Below, piece after piece: positions 25,013-37,420 of a stretch of DNA of 64,000 nucleotides. This DNA is from Eledone cirrhosa. Lineage: Eukaryota. A program made the position numbers and the translations under genes. The notes below the pieces were generated by a model. It did no database searches, was not told the origin of the DNA, and saw only the letters and a list, made by a program, of their open reading frames with translations. Location of the stretch: positions 81,778,001 through 81,842,000 of the forward strand of contig OZ024744.1 of assembly GCA_964016885.1 (NCBI GenBank), in the 5' to 3' direction. Within the stretch, counting starts at the first letter, position 1; the number at the start of each line of letters is the position of its first letter.

Positions 25013-25515
25013 TTTTCTTTATTAACCACAAGGGTTTACATAAAGTAGACATTAAGGACAGTACAGGACAATACAGGACGGTACAAATGGGCATTTCTGC
25101 GTGTAAAAAAACAGAGGATGTAATAAAATAACAAAGAAAAATTCCCCAATAGGGGGGAGACTTCCGAGGGACATTTGTGGAGAAAGCCCATTAAAAAGCC
25201 ACAGTGACCCTGACCACCAGGGCAAGTGCCCTCTCCCAGTTTTCCACCTTTAATTTACAGACACATACTCAGAGTAGGCCCATTCACTCGGGCCATTCTT
25301 GCCTCTCTCACCCATCTTTCAACAAAATGCTGGGAAGAGAGCACTTCCCTCTCTACCCTGATTTTCCTTTTCAAATGAAATTTGAAAAAGTTAATCAGGG
25401 CATCACCGAAGAGGTAAGTGCTCGTCTTCAGCCCTTTCAAACGTGTCCACCATACTATCTCTTTCGCCATGGCCACCAGACAGATAAAAACTGCCTGCCC
25501 TTCCCGGAGAAAGAT
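25012..25515 (-). mobile_element. L1/Tx1-type LINE 3' stub
   Basis: AMAKEIVWWTRLKGLKT...KRKIRVEREVL..FVERW; 3' end abuts (TAA)n at 24943-25011. Confidence 0.88.
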
Positions 25516-25539
25516 CAAATTAACTGTACTTTAAATAAT

Positions 25540-25730
25540 TGTTTCTACGTTAGGCACAAGGCCAGCAAATACCCAGTGTATTACTGGTACTTCATTTTAT
25601 CGACCCCGTAAGGATGAAAGGCAAAGTTAACCTCGGTGGGATTTGAACTCAGAATGGCAAGGGCCGTAACTCTATGCGTCAAAGCATGGCGTCCGACCCT
25701 CTACCGATACTGCCAATCCACTGCCAATCC
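25540..25730 (-). mobile_element. tRNA-derived SINE with 17-bp TSD
   Basis: ACTGTACTTTAAATAAT at 25523 and 25731; A/B-box-like head and GCCTTTCATCCTTACGGGGTCGATAAAA core. Confidence 0.9.
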
Positions 25731-26094
25731 ACTGTACTTTAAATAATATCACCAACGTTTATATGGAAATTAACTTGATACGATTTGATAGCAGCCCCAG
25801 CAATTTCAAAGGGAGAGGTGATATTAATTTATTTATTCTATTTGGCCTTGAGCCGATCAAAATAAGCAGTGGTAATCAATAAACGAACCACACAAACATC
25901 ATCACCCTTAACACCAACAAAAATACGATAAAAACAACTCCAACACTATCATCTGTAATGGAATACACGACACAAACACCATCACTACCACAGTAACATT
26001 TAAAAAAAGTAACAATTTCAAGCTACAACACTTTCAACCTCCCCACCACCAGCAATGCCACTGCCTTAGTGATAGCCGGATTAATAATAATAAT

Positions 26095-26192
26095 AATTGT
26101 TTCTACTTTAGGCACAAGGCCAGCAATTTACAGTGCATTACTGGTACTTTATTTTATCGACCCCGTAAGGGTGAAAGGAAAAGTCAACCTCG

Positions 26193-26193
<1 letters not shown>
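26095..26193 (-). mobile_element. SINE 3' half
   Basis: Matches the 3' portion of the same SINE family. Confidence 0.85.
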
Positions 26194-26260
<67 letters not shown>

Positions 26261-26575
26261 CTTTCTTTATTGACCACAAGGGCTGACATCAAGAAAAACA
26301 TTACAGACGGCACAGGACGGTATAGGACGGTACGATGTGGGTTTTGTGCGTGTAAATATTTTTATTATTTATATAAAAAAAGAAAAAAAAAGACATAGAA
26401 ACATATATATATATATAAACAATAAAAATGAAAATTCAAACAATGAAAAAATTCCCCAATAGGGGGGGGGGGGGGTAAACCTCTGAGGGTTACTCGTGGC
26501 GAAAACCGCACAAAAGCCCACGGCCACCCTGACCATTAGGGCAAGTGCCCTCTCTCAATTTTTCCATTTCTCAAA

Positions 26576-29500
26576 CTACAGACGTATATTCAGAGCTGTC
26601 CCGTTCACTCGGACCATTCTCGCTACATTCACCCACCTTTCAACAAACTTGCTAGAAGACAGCACTTGCCTCTCCACCCTGATTTTCCTCTTCAAGTGAA
26701 ACGTGAAAAAGTTAATTAGGGATTCGCCGAAAAGGAAAGTATCTGTCTTTAACCCTTTCAACCTTGTCCACCACACAATCTCTTTCGCCATGGCCAGGCT
26801 GATGAAAACCGCCTGCCCTTCCTCCTCGAGGGAAGACGGTAAGACCATCTGCACAATGGACTCAGTCGATAACCGGATCAGTCCTACACGCGACAGCAAC
26901 TGTTCGACATAGCTCCACAATCAGCAATGCTCGGGCACTGAACGAGTGCGTGCACGACGGTTTCGTCGCTCTGTGCGCCTCTCGGACAGGCTCGGTTGAC
27001 GGCACTTCCGTGCCTGTAGAGCTTATCTCGAACCGGTAACGCTCCCCGGTAGCACTGCCAGGGCAGGGAATTTTGTAAGTTATTCATAGGCTCTGGGCTG
27101 AAAGTTCTCCGAAAGAGAGCAAACAGCTGATCTTCTTCGACGCCCAGGACCTCTCCGAGAATGTCGTCGCTCTTCCCATCCACTAGTCCTCTATAGAACG
27201 CCGAGGTGGATGTTCCACCGATACTGGAACCTAGCTGGCAGAGGGCAGTGTGGGCCTGGAGACATTCCAGTTTCCAAGCGCTATACCTCGGTCTTTTCCT
27301 GACTCAGGACTGCAGCTCCGTCAAGGAGACGAGCTGTGGGAAAACGTGCCTGGCGAACAGCGACCACACCTGTTCACCGTCAAGGAAGCACCAGAGATGT
27401 CGCAGCCTCAGCGCTTGTTTGCGCATCATCAGCCATGGCATGCCCAGTCCTCCACGCAACAGGCGTTGACAGCAGATGGATCGTCTGACCATGGGAGCGC
27501 GTCTCTTCCACAAAAAGCGGAAGAGGAGGCGCTCCATTTTGGTGAGAGTTGGGCCGGGGAAAGGGACGACGGTGAGGCGGTAGCAGATGACGGATGCGAT
27601 GTACGCATTCGCTACCTCCGCCCGGCCTTTCAGGGACAGCTTTCTCTCGGCCCATTTCTGGGTGAGGGAGGCCACCTCGCTCGTCACCTCGTTCCAGTTT
27701 TTCTACATCTGGAGGTCCGGTCCGAACCAGACCCCGAGCAATTTAACCGGTCTGTCCGTCCAACGCCCCACGACGCTGTCGGACGGCATGGACTTGCCTC
27801 TCCAGGTGCCGAGCTGCAAGCCCACCGACCTTTCCTGGTTTATCTTTGCTCCTGTCACCGCTTCGTATTCCTTGAGAGCGGTGCCGAGCATCTTGACGTG
27901 TCTGGTGCGCGACACCACCACGGTGACGTCGTCAGCGTAAGCTGAATCGGATTTCCCGCATCCTAGTTCGCGTGGGACGCCCCTCATCGTCCCCAGTTTG
28001 TGCAGTAACGGCTCGAGAGCCAATACGTACAAGAGGGACGAGAGGGGACAACCCTGGCGGACCGAGCGCATGATGCTGAACGGCTGCGACAGGTGACCGT
28101 TCACTCTCACAACTGAGCAGATGTCGCTGTACATCGCAGCGATCCAACCCCTGAAAACGGGTCCGAAACCGGCTGCCTCGAGGACCGCCGCCAGGTACCG
28201 GTGGTCGACCCTATCGAATGCTTTGGATTGATCCAAGTTGATCAGGGCCCCACCCGTGCCAGGTTCCTTAACCACCCTCTCTATGATGTATCGCATGAGG
28301 TGGAGGTTGTCGTGTATGGATCTGTCCGGAATGGCGCACGTCTGCGCCTCTCCCACCAGACCCTTGACGACAAGCGCCAACCTCGTTGCTAACACCTTGG
28401 CCAAAATTTTGAACTCTGCGTTTAGCAGGGTTATGGGCATGAAGTTATCGATAACATCCCCCTTGTTCGGGTCTTTTCTCAGCAGCGCCACCACTCCCCG
28501 GCTCACAAAACTGGGAATGCTCCCGTTCTGCTGCCAGTTGCAGTAGGCTGCCAAGAGGTCACCGAACAAGTCTGGCATAAATGCATAAAGCTCGTAGGGC
28601 AGAGCATCCAAACCTGGCGATTTACCCCTCGTGCAGTTAGCCATCGCTTCCCATATTTCACCTGCTGTTATTGGCTTTTCGCAACACCGTGCTGCGGTCG
28701 TCGAGAGCCGTTGAGTGCCAATCTCGCCGCAAGCACGTCGGTTGCGATGCCTGTCCTAAACGCCTCTTCTAGCTTTCTGACTAGCTCTCCCTCTACTCTA
28801 TTTTCCTCTATCACTAGTCCTTTGCTAAACCTAATCGACTCTACTTTAATTGCCCTTTTCAGGGCGAACCACCACCTGTTGTTGACGACCGCTCCCGTCA
28901 ACGCCCGCTTAACTAATACACTAATCCGGTCTCTGTAGGCTTTGCGCGCCGGGAAAGACGCGTTCAGCTTCCAGTAACCGGACCCTTGTCTATGAAGTCT
29001 GTCTATGTCGATCTCACAGATCACAAATTTGTTGTCTGTGTAGTCGACTATTTTAAATTGTGGACAACTTATACTAGCCTTATCTAGTTCTCTGCAGAAT
29101 ACCCTATCGAGATACGATCTGGATGACCCGATGCGGTTTGTCCATGTCCACATTGGCACATTCGGGTGATCCAGTCGATACCTGTCAGACAGTTCAAAAC
29201 GTCTGAGCAGGTTGGTGAGGCTCTTGCACCCTTCTCCTCTATCCACTAGCCCCACACAATCCCAGCGTGCATCCAAGATACCGTTCCAGTCGCCCACTAA
29301 CACTAAAGGGCGGGACGTTCCAAGAAAGGTCTCTAGACGTCTGAAGAATTCTGGCCGTCATGCCCCTGTTGGGGCGTAGACGGCTACTAGCCTGAAAGCG
29401 TTGCCTTCGCTGCCAGTCACGTCCAGCACCACCGACTTACCTTCTGGGTCTAGGAAGATGGCCCGTATGACGAGATCCAAGCCTCTCCCGAAAAAGGACG

Positions 29501-29712
29501 GCAACCCCTCCCCCCGATCATGGACGGCTGGGAGATGCGTATACATCGTAGCCGCCGAAGATCGGTGCGAAGGCTTGTGCTTCGGAGATTCTGGTCTCGC
29601 TGATGGCCACCACATCTATGTCTAGTGACCTGAGGTCGTTGAGCAGGTGACACTGCTTCCAAGATGACCCCAGGCCACGTGCATTTATACTGCCTATTAT
29701 GAGTACGGCCAT
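26576..29712 (-). pseudogene. LINE ORF2: APE endonuclease, reverse transcriptase and C-terminal zinc-binding region, several frameshifts
   Basis: MAVLIIGSINARGL; VVAISETR; VYAPT; LVGDWN; SRSYLDR; GYWKLN; KSPGLDALP; LDQSKAFDRV; VRQGCPLS; AYADDV; KLLGVWFG; GGLGMP; CPR....ETVVHALVQCP. Confidence 0.93.
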
Positions 29713-29744
29713 GTTGGATGAGAAACGGGGCAAGTGAGAAAGGG

Positions 29745-31650
29745 TCACTTACCTTGATCGTGTGGTGAAGGGACAGTAGAACTTTCCCTTTGGCTGGTCA
29801 TGTGTGTTTCTAAGAGGATGTCAGTGTATATCCTCTTGGTAACCGACCTTCTGAAGTCTCCAACTGCGTTGGGGAGATTTTGTTTTATAGGTTTATACTG
29901 TTCTATTGAGATTTCAATGATGCTTATGTTTGTGGGGAGAGTTCTTGGTGTTGGTGGGGTGTAGTAGTTTTTTCTGTGATGTCTGTGTACTGCTTTATAC
30001 AGTGCATGAGTTCTTTTTTTGCCATGTTTATGGCTGTGTACCTTTTGAGGGGAGGGGTGATTTTGTGTGTGTGTTTTGTTTTGTTTTGTTTTCGTTGTTG
30101 GTATCTTTAGTGATGCTGGTGGTGGTGTAGTTGTTGTTGGCGGTGGTGCTTGTGATGGTGATGGTGGTGTTGCTGCAAGTTTCCTTGCTGCCTTTACCCC
30201 ACTTTGTGTACCTTCGCTTTTGGAGGGTGAATATAAGGTTTTTTTTTCTTTTTTGTGGCAAACCGTTTACCACTTCACTCCCGCCTCAAACTCCATGTCG
30301 CATTCCGTGGCGTCTGGGAGGGGTATGTGCTCCACGGCTGTTGGTGGTGGTAGTGGAGCTCTCTTCGGCAATTTTGTTGCTGGTGCAGCTACTTCAAAAG
30401 TAGCTATTGGTGTTGCCGCCACTGATGCTGCTGCTTTAGTTGTCCGTAGTCTTGGTACGGGTGCCACGGACGTTGCCCTCCTACTCACTGTGGAAGGGGC
30501 TTCTGCGTCTGTTGCCTGCCCTGCTCTTGGTAGCAGCGGACCAGGTATTGGAAGGAGAGGGGCCTTCTTCTTCGCTGTCTTCTGGGGGAAAAAGGCCCTG
30601 AGGTGACCCTTCGACCCACAGAGATAACATTTTGGCCGTCTTCCTTCTACGCTTATAGGAAGTTGGAGTCCTTCCTCGATGTCTATGATATCGGGGATAG
30701 CGTCGATACATTCCTGGTCAGTTTGTATAAGCATTTGCATGCCTATACCTGACCAGTTCTCTCTCCCTATTTTCTCTACTTGCAGCATGGTCGTCCTGTT
30801 TTCGATTCCAGCAAGGACAGACGCGGCCAGCCAAGGTATGGGCACGTCGGGTGGGACCTGGGTCACTTTGACCCTCACAATTTTCTGCCCGCAGTAGGAG
30901 GGCACCAAGACTATCTCCTCACTCTTTAGGGTTTCCAAAGAGTTAGGCTTCGCCTCCTGGGGGTGGCGAAAAGTACGTCTACTGTGGCGTACTTTCTGTC
31001 TCGGTTGATGTGGGTTTTGCGTGCCCAGACGCACCCCAAGTCCTTTTGGATTTGAGCCTCCGTGGCTCTCTCCACCCGATGTTACATTTTGCTTACGGTG
31101 CGGTAAGTCACCGTTCGTAGCTGCTGGTCCTTGAAAAAATCGGGTGGAGGTTTCAGGGAATCTCTATTTGCGCTTCTTGTCACCATGGCCCTTGCGACTG
31201 CCATCTCCTCCTCTGTGACTAACACTGTTTCGATATTTCGGGCGACACCTGCAAAAGAAGTGGTCCCTTTTTCAGCAGCACCCCTATTGCTGCCGCTACT
31301 GGTCTTACTGGTGGTGCTAAGATCGCTATTACAGGTATCGATGTCATTGTTGATGTTTTCGTTGGTACTGTTGTTGGTGTTGTTGTTGTTGTTTTCGTTG
31401 ATATTGTTGCTGCTGTTACTGTTATTGTGGCTGTTGTTATTATTGTTGTTTTTGTTGATACTGTTCCTACTATTATTGTTGTTGTGGCTGTTGTTATTGT
31501 CATTGTTATTGTCGTTCTCGACCTTACCGCTGTTATTTTTGTTATTGTCGTTCTCGACTTTACCGCTGTTATTTTTGTTGTTGCTGTTGTTATTGATGCT
31601 GTTGTTGTTGGTGTTATTGTTGGTGTTGTTTGTGTTAGAAATATTTGGTA
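29745..31650 (-). pseudogene. LINE ORF1: Asn-rich N-terminus, CCHC-type knuckle, Pro/Thr/Lys-rich C-terminus; one frameshift (about 31080) and one premature stop (30267)
   Basis: VEGRRPKCYLCGSKGHLRAF(F)P knuckle; by my translation the frame stays open after the TAA at 30267 down to ...PHDQGK-stop at 29745. Confidence 0.8.
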
Positions 31651-31679
31651 ATTTTAAATCTGTAACAATCCTGTAACAA

Positions 31680-31730
31680 TAATTGGTTCTACTATTGGCA
31701 CAAGGCAAGCAATTATCCCAGTGCAATAAT
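31680..31730 (-). mobile_element. SINE 3' fragment at the LINE 5' junction
   Basis: TTCTACTATTGGCACAAGGCAAGCAATTATCCCAGTGCAATA. Confidence 0.75.
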
Positions 31731-31972
31731 AATACAAGGACGATTTGTTAAGCCTTCATTACATTTATTGTTTGGTGACGCGCGTTTCGCTATTGGTCAG
31801 TTCAAGGTTCGATCTGTACCAACCTGGCCCGACTCTGTTTGTCTCTACACATCACCACTGACGTGAACCTAAACATCGAGTGCTTACCTGGGTGAACCTA
31901 CAGTAACTTCACTTCACGTTACACTCCCTGGATATATATATATATGTACACACACACACACACACACACACA

Positions 31973-32043
<71 letters not shown>

Positions 32044-32435
32044 GTATGTTTGTGTGTGTGAATGCATATGTATACATAATAAAATTGACATTAATTAAAA
32101 CGGCAACCCCATCGAGTTTGCCCTTCGTGAAGGTTTGAGCGATCTCGGCGACATTTAAAAATTATCACCTGTAAAAGCCGTGGCACACGCTGTTATCCTT
32201 CTTCACGCACTGAGAGAAGGTTTTAAGATAAACCCGACATCTTTGCAATCAGTCAGGCCTCTCATCAACTCAACTTATTTACGTCATGGATACAGAGACT
32301 TTGAAGACCAAACATAATGAGGATTGATGTCGCGACTCTTTCCAAAATAATAAAACTCATTAGCAAATAAACCCAGTGTTTCAAATCATCCTTCACTGTT
32401 CAATGGTGATAGGATTGATGCATCTAGGAGTTTTC

Positions 32436-32630
32436 AGTTTCGCTTCCTCTTTGCACCGGTCGCCGTCGAGACCTCAGGCGTACTCGGACCCCGTACTGCC
32501 GAGCTCCTCCCCAAGATCATAACGTCGGTAAGCTCGTCTGAGGAAGGATCACCGCGAGGTGGGGTGGCTGTTGCAGTGGGTGTTGCTGGCCATTGTCCGC
32601 AGAAATGCTTTTGCAGTCCTGTCCGTTGGG
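32436..32630 (+). pseudogene. CRE-type non-LTR element restriction-like endonuclease C-terminus
   Basis: FLFAPVAVETSGVLGP...DHREVGWLLQWVLLAIVRRNAFAV. Confidence 0.75.
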
Positions 32631-32984
32631 CGTAGCCTGAACACCGCCGCGACCTTCCATTCTTCTATGACCCTATAGACCTTGACTTTCACTTCCTTTT
32701 CTGTTTTTGAATATTAATATAATTACTTAATACATTAAAAAACAAACAAACAAATTGTACACATTGGCGGCAAAGGCCTGAAGATCATCTTTATTGTGAA
32801 TCAGAGATAACATCTAAATTAGTGACAGGTCAACCCCAATTAGCAAAACCTCTGCTCTTCAGCTGCAAGGAGGAAAGATCTAGAAAAGACGATATAAAAA
32901 CCGTTTTTTCCCACCGCCTTTAAATAGACAACCATATTCAGTAGGACATCATTATTCAAGAAATCGGATTGCTCCTTTGATCGC

Positions 32985-33800
32985 CAGAACATGGAATATT
33001 CTAACTCTACAAAACAAGAGAACCATTGACAAACTAGGAAATCATTTTGTTCTCAACGCCAACAATATGTAAGGTTCAACGTAGACTTTGCTGTATTTCC
33101 TGAAGCCAGACTAATAGACGATGATTAAGAAACAGAAAATTGTCTCGGTAATATTTTCATATGAAAATGGAAAATCTCAAGAAGAAAGCTATCTTCATAG
33201 AGTTGTTGTCAATTGGGAAGCCAGTGAAATATCTGAACCTCAAGCCAACTCCCCATTGGTGAAAGTACCACTACCTCCCAAGTATTGTTATCTGACTATC
33301 ATCAGTATATATGCATCAGCACACAATGCAAGTGATAAAGACAAATCAAATTTCTCTAAGACTATTTCATATATCCTCTCGAATGTGTCATCTAGTGATA
33401 AACACCTCGTGGAAGACTCAAGTGTTCAAGTGACTAGTGATTTTAACATGTGGCAGGATATCATTTAGAGATCAAGGCAATTAAAACTTAAACAACTTTA
33501 AATGGCAGCCTTCTCCTTGGATGATACGCAGAGAGTTAACTACCAACTACACCACCCTCACCAGTCTAAAGTCTACATATAAAACAAACTGGATGCAGAC
33601 GTACCATCGGTCACGTAACCGACATCTTTGCAGGAAGAAGAGACACATATGAAGTCAATATCGTCAAAGTTATGAGAGCCATTGACGACTGCTCAACTGT
33701 CTGACAATCATGTCATATCACATGTACAAAAGAAACTCAAACATAAACTAAGAAGTCATATATAGAACAAAACGTCGTTGTAGAACAAACTGAATTTCAA
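32985..33800 (+). pseudogene. Highly degenerate RTE-type APE endonuclease
   Basis: RTWNILTL, FAVFPEARL, LTIISIYAS....DKDKSNF...LSNVSSSDK; interrupted downstream by a hAT MITE. Confidence 0.7.
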
Positions 33801-33822
33801 ACATCCTAATATCGCTGTAGAA

Positions 33823-34144
33823 CAGGGGCGTGCAACAGGCTGCCCGCTGGTCACAATCCGGCCCGCCAGATCAGTCAGAGTGGCCCGCGATGACCGTTTT
33901 AATTTTTACCTTGTAGGCTTATTTAGAATCTTTTTCGCAATACAATTTTCTGTTAGTTGACCTATACCAAATACCAAGTTTCACACTAATAAAACTAAAT
34001 TTTGTTTATCTTTATTGTTTAAAAATGTATTCACAATGTATTTATGACTCAATTTACTGGTTTTCATTAGATTACATATTTTTGACAGTGACTGGCCCTA
34101 ATTTTCAAAAGTGGCCCACCAATGAAAAATGCCCGACACCCCTG
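33823..34144. mobile_element. hAT MITE with 8-bp TSD
   Basis: CAGGGGCGTGCAAC...GACACCCCTG; TSD CTGTAGAA/CTTTAGAA. Confidence 0.88.
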
Positions 34145-34357
34145 CTTTAGAATATAAAACTCATCGCCAATATCCCAAACCTCTCCGACTTGAAATCTTA
34201 ATAAATCACAAGTGGGATTCCCAATCAACTGTCGGAAGAAATCTTGCCGGAGGGAGATACAATTCTATCTCCAATCTCAGGAAAGCACAATTGACTTGGT
34301 CTTTGTTTAGTAGGTCAAGACGGAATCTTGTTAGTTAGGAGTTTCTCTTGAATATTG

Positions 34358-34981
34358 AAATATGTATATGCATATATATAAACATATATGTATGTATATA
34401 TACGCATATGTATATATACATGCATATAAATATACACACACATATATATATATACACCTATATGCAAACACACACACACGTACACATATATGTATATATA
34501 TATATAAATGAATATATATATATATATATATAAATGAATATATATAAATGAATATATATAAATGAATATATATATATAAATGAATATATATATATAAATG
34601 AATATATATATAATATATGTATATACATATATACATACACTCACACGCACTCACACACACACACACACATATATATACACATCATACATATACATATATA
34701 TATATATATACATAATATACATATATATACACATATACATATACATACACATATACATATACATACATACATTTATGCAAACAGATATATATTCAAAAGA
34801 ACAAGATGAATTATGAGAATACAAAACTAATTGGTGTTTATCTATCGATCTGGTTAATTTCATCCAGTAAGTCATATTTTCTTGACTAAAATTACAGAAT
34901 CTCCTATTAATTCCATTTTGTTTTGATTTCATAGTTGTCAATTAGATTTATCTCTTGAAATATACATACAAACACAAATAG

Positions 34982-35016
<35 letters not shown>

Positions 35017-35166
35017 TGTATGTATGTATGTATGTATGTATGTATGTATGTATGTATGTATGTATGTATGTATGTATGTATGTATGTATGTATGTATGTA
35101 TGTATGTATGTATGCATGTATGTATGTATGTATGTATGCATGCATGCATGTATGTATGTATGTATG

Positions 35167-35197
<31 letters not shown>

Positions 35198-35462
35198 GTA
35201 TGTATAGATGTATGTATGTATATATGCATGTATGTGTGTGTGTATGTATCTATGTAAATATGCATGTATATAGGTGTAATATATATGTATGTATGTATGC
35301 ATTATGTGTGTGTATGTAACTATGTAAGTATGCATGTATATAGGTGTGTGTGTGCGTGCGTGCGTTTGTAGGCAAATAATACATATATTGACATATATTC
35401 ATACATTTAAACATCTATGAATGGATGCATACATACATATGTATATATATATATATATATAT
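34358..35462. repeat. Compound (TA)n, TAAATGAATATA and (TATG)n microsatellites
   Basis: Directly visible, with a short unique island at about 34790-34960. Confidence 0.9.
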
Positions 35463-36046
35463 ATGGTGGCTGCCAACTCGTTTTCGATTACGGCCACTAC
35501 TCGCTGGCTGGACTAAAGTACGGCCACTTTAGTCCAGCCAGCGACTTGAAAACTCTGGTACAAACACTACACTTGTGACAATTATTGACACATAGTACTG
35601 GGCCCATGGTACCATGTGACGACAAGTGCAGAGAGATCTCCAGATATAAAGCAATGCCGGTGCCGTGAAGCTTTTATAGTGAGTAAAGGCACTGCACAAA
35701 GCCAGTCCCACTCTCTTAACCAAGATGATATTTACCAAAAAGAAGAACAAGTCAACATCATTGGATACCATCAGGGTTGCAGGTGTTATATCAGAGTTTT
35801 CCTTCTCCTAGAATTCTGCCTTGACAAAGGCTAAGGGGTCATCTCTCCCGGTGATTTTGGATGGCCATTGTCTCTTAAGAGTTCCTTTGCTCTTTGACAG
35901 GTTTTGTTTTTAGTCCTGCAGGATGTCGAAAGTCACCCTCCTCACCAAGAAACCTTGGTGGGGTTGCCAGTTTAGTCGCCAACGACCCGACCATGAGACA
36001 GGTTGTACTGGGATACATCTTACCAGTAGCACCAACTGGTGACCTA
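35463..36046 (-). mobile_element. Short internally deleted RTE-derived element, copy 1
   Basis: RTE-like 5' UTR fused to RTE-like 3' end GTAGTGGCCG...GAGTTGGCAGCCACCAT; local inversion at 35500-35543. Confidence 0.8.
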
Positions 36047-36128
36047 ACATAGATACATACACACATACATAGATATATACTTACATACATGCATACATAC
36101 ATACATACATACATACATACATACATAC

Positions 36129-36701
36129 ATGGTGGCTGCCAACTCGTTTTCGAGTACGGCCACTACTTTACATCCATGTAGGATAACCCCTACCGAAGCG
36201 CTGAACGAGTGTGACTTTTTAGTCCAGCCAGCGACTTGAAACCTCTGGTACAAACACTACACCTGTGACAATTATTGACACATAGTGCTAGGCCCATGGT
36301 AGGACAATTATTGACACATAGTGCTGGGCCCATGTGAGGACAAGTGCAGAGAGATCTCCAGATATAAAGCAATGCCTGTGCCGTGAAGCTTTTATAGTGA
36401 GCAAAGGCACTGCACAAAGCCAGTCCCACTCTCTTAACCAAGATGCTATTTACCAAAAAGAAGAACAAGTCAACATCATTGGATACCATCAGGGTTGCAG
36501 GTGTTATATCAGAGTTTTCCTTCTCCTAGAATTCTGCCTTGACTAAGGCTAAAGGGGTCATCTCTCCCGGTGATTTTGGATGGCCATTGACTCTTAAGAG
36601 CTCCTTTGCCCTTTGACAGGTTTTGTTTTTAGTCCTGCAGGATGTCCAAAGTCACCCTCCTCACCAAGAAACCTTGGTGGGGTTGCCAGTTTAGTCGCCA
36701 A
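36129..36701 (-). mobile_element. Short internally deleted RTE-derived element, copy 2
   Basis: Near-identical to copy 1; encodes terminal finger CSVCTRGFKSLAGLKSHTRS; (GTAT)n tail. Confidence 0.82.
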
Positions 36702-36731
36702 CATACATACATACATACATACATACATACA

Positions 36732-36795
<64 letters not shown>

Positions 36796-36849
36796 GATAC
36801 ACACACACATACATAGATATATACTTACATACATACATAATATAAACAT

Positions 36850-37420
36850 ACATATTGGGAGCAAAGATTGGGAATACGGAAGATGATGTGGTTGAGAGGA
36901 AGAGCAAAGCCTGGGCGGCGTGCCACAGCTTAAGATCGATGTGGAAGTCGGACCTTCGTAAAGACCTGAAAATCCGCCTCTTCATTGCTGTAGTGGAGTC
37001 TGTGCTGCTGTATGGGTCTGAGACTTGGACACTGACTAAGAAACTCACTCTGATGGTGGATGGGTGCTACACGAAAATGCTGAGGATGGCTCTGAACATT
37101 AATCAGTATACACGGAAGATGAAAAACTCAGAGCTGTACGGGAGCCTCCCAAAAGTCAGCTCAAAAGTAGCACAGAGGAGACTGGGGTTAGCTGGACATG
37201 CTCACCGACATCCAGAGTTGACATTGCACTTAGTGCTCCTGTGGGAACCCCTACATGGACACACTGGAAGAGGAAGACCAAGGTTAACATATGTTTATGC
37301 CCCAAGGATAGACACTGGTCTGTTGGAGACGCAGGGCATGGCAGCCATAATGAGGGACAGAGACCGGTGGAGAGAACTCGTCCATGGATCTCGGGAATTT
37401 TACCCGCCCTAGAATAGAAT
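36850..37420 (+). pseudogene. RTE-clade LINE 3' fragment (RT thumb and C-terminus)
   Basis: KIRLFIAVVESVLLYGSETWTL, RRLGLAGH, GRGRPRLTY, DRDRWR; short TAGAA repeat at the end. Confidence 0.9.

Larger units (their letters stand above)
26260..31670 (-). mobile_element. Near-full-length L1/Tx1-type LINE (ORF1, ORF2, 3' UTR), decayed
   Basis: Zinc-knuckle ORF1, APE endonuclease, RT with YADD, C-terminal Cys-rich region, AATAAA and (ATT)n end. Confidence 0.93.

Noticed and set aside
29746-29755. AAG/GTAAGT splice donor upstream of LINE ORF2
   Set aside because: Better explained as the GK-stop end of ORF1; not conserved as a donor in the second LINE copy
35930-36044. Canonical HDV-like ribozyme with P1 GGTCACC/GGTGACT
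   Set aside because: P3/L3 and P1.1 are not in the required positions and the pairing is not kept in the 6220 copy
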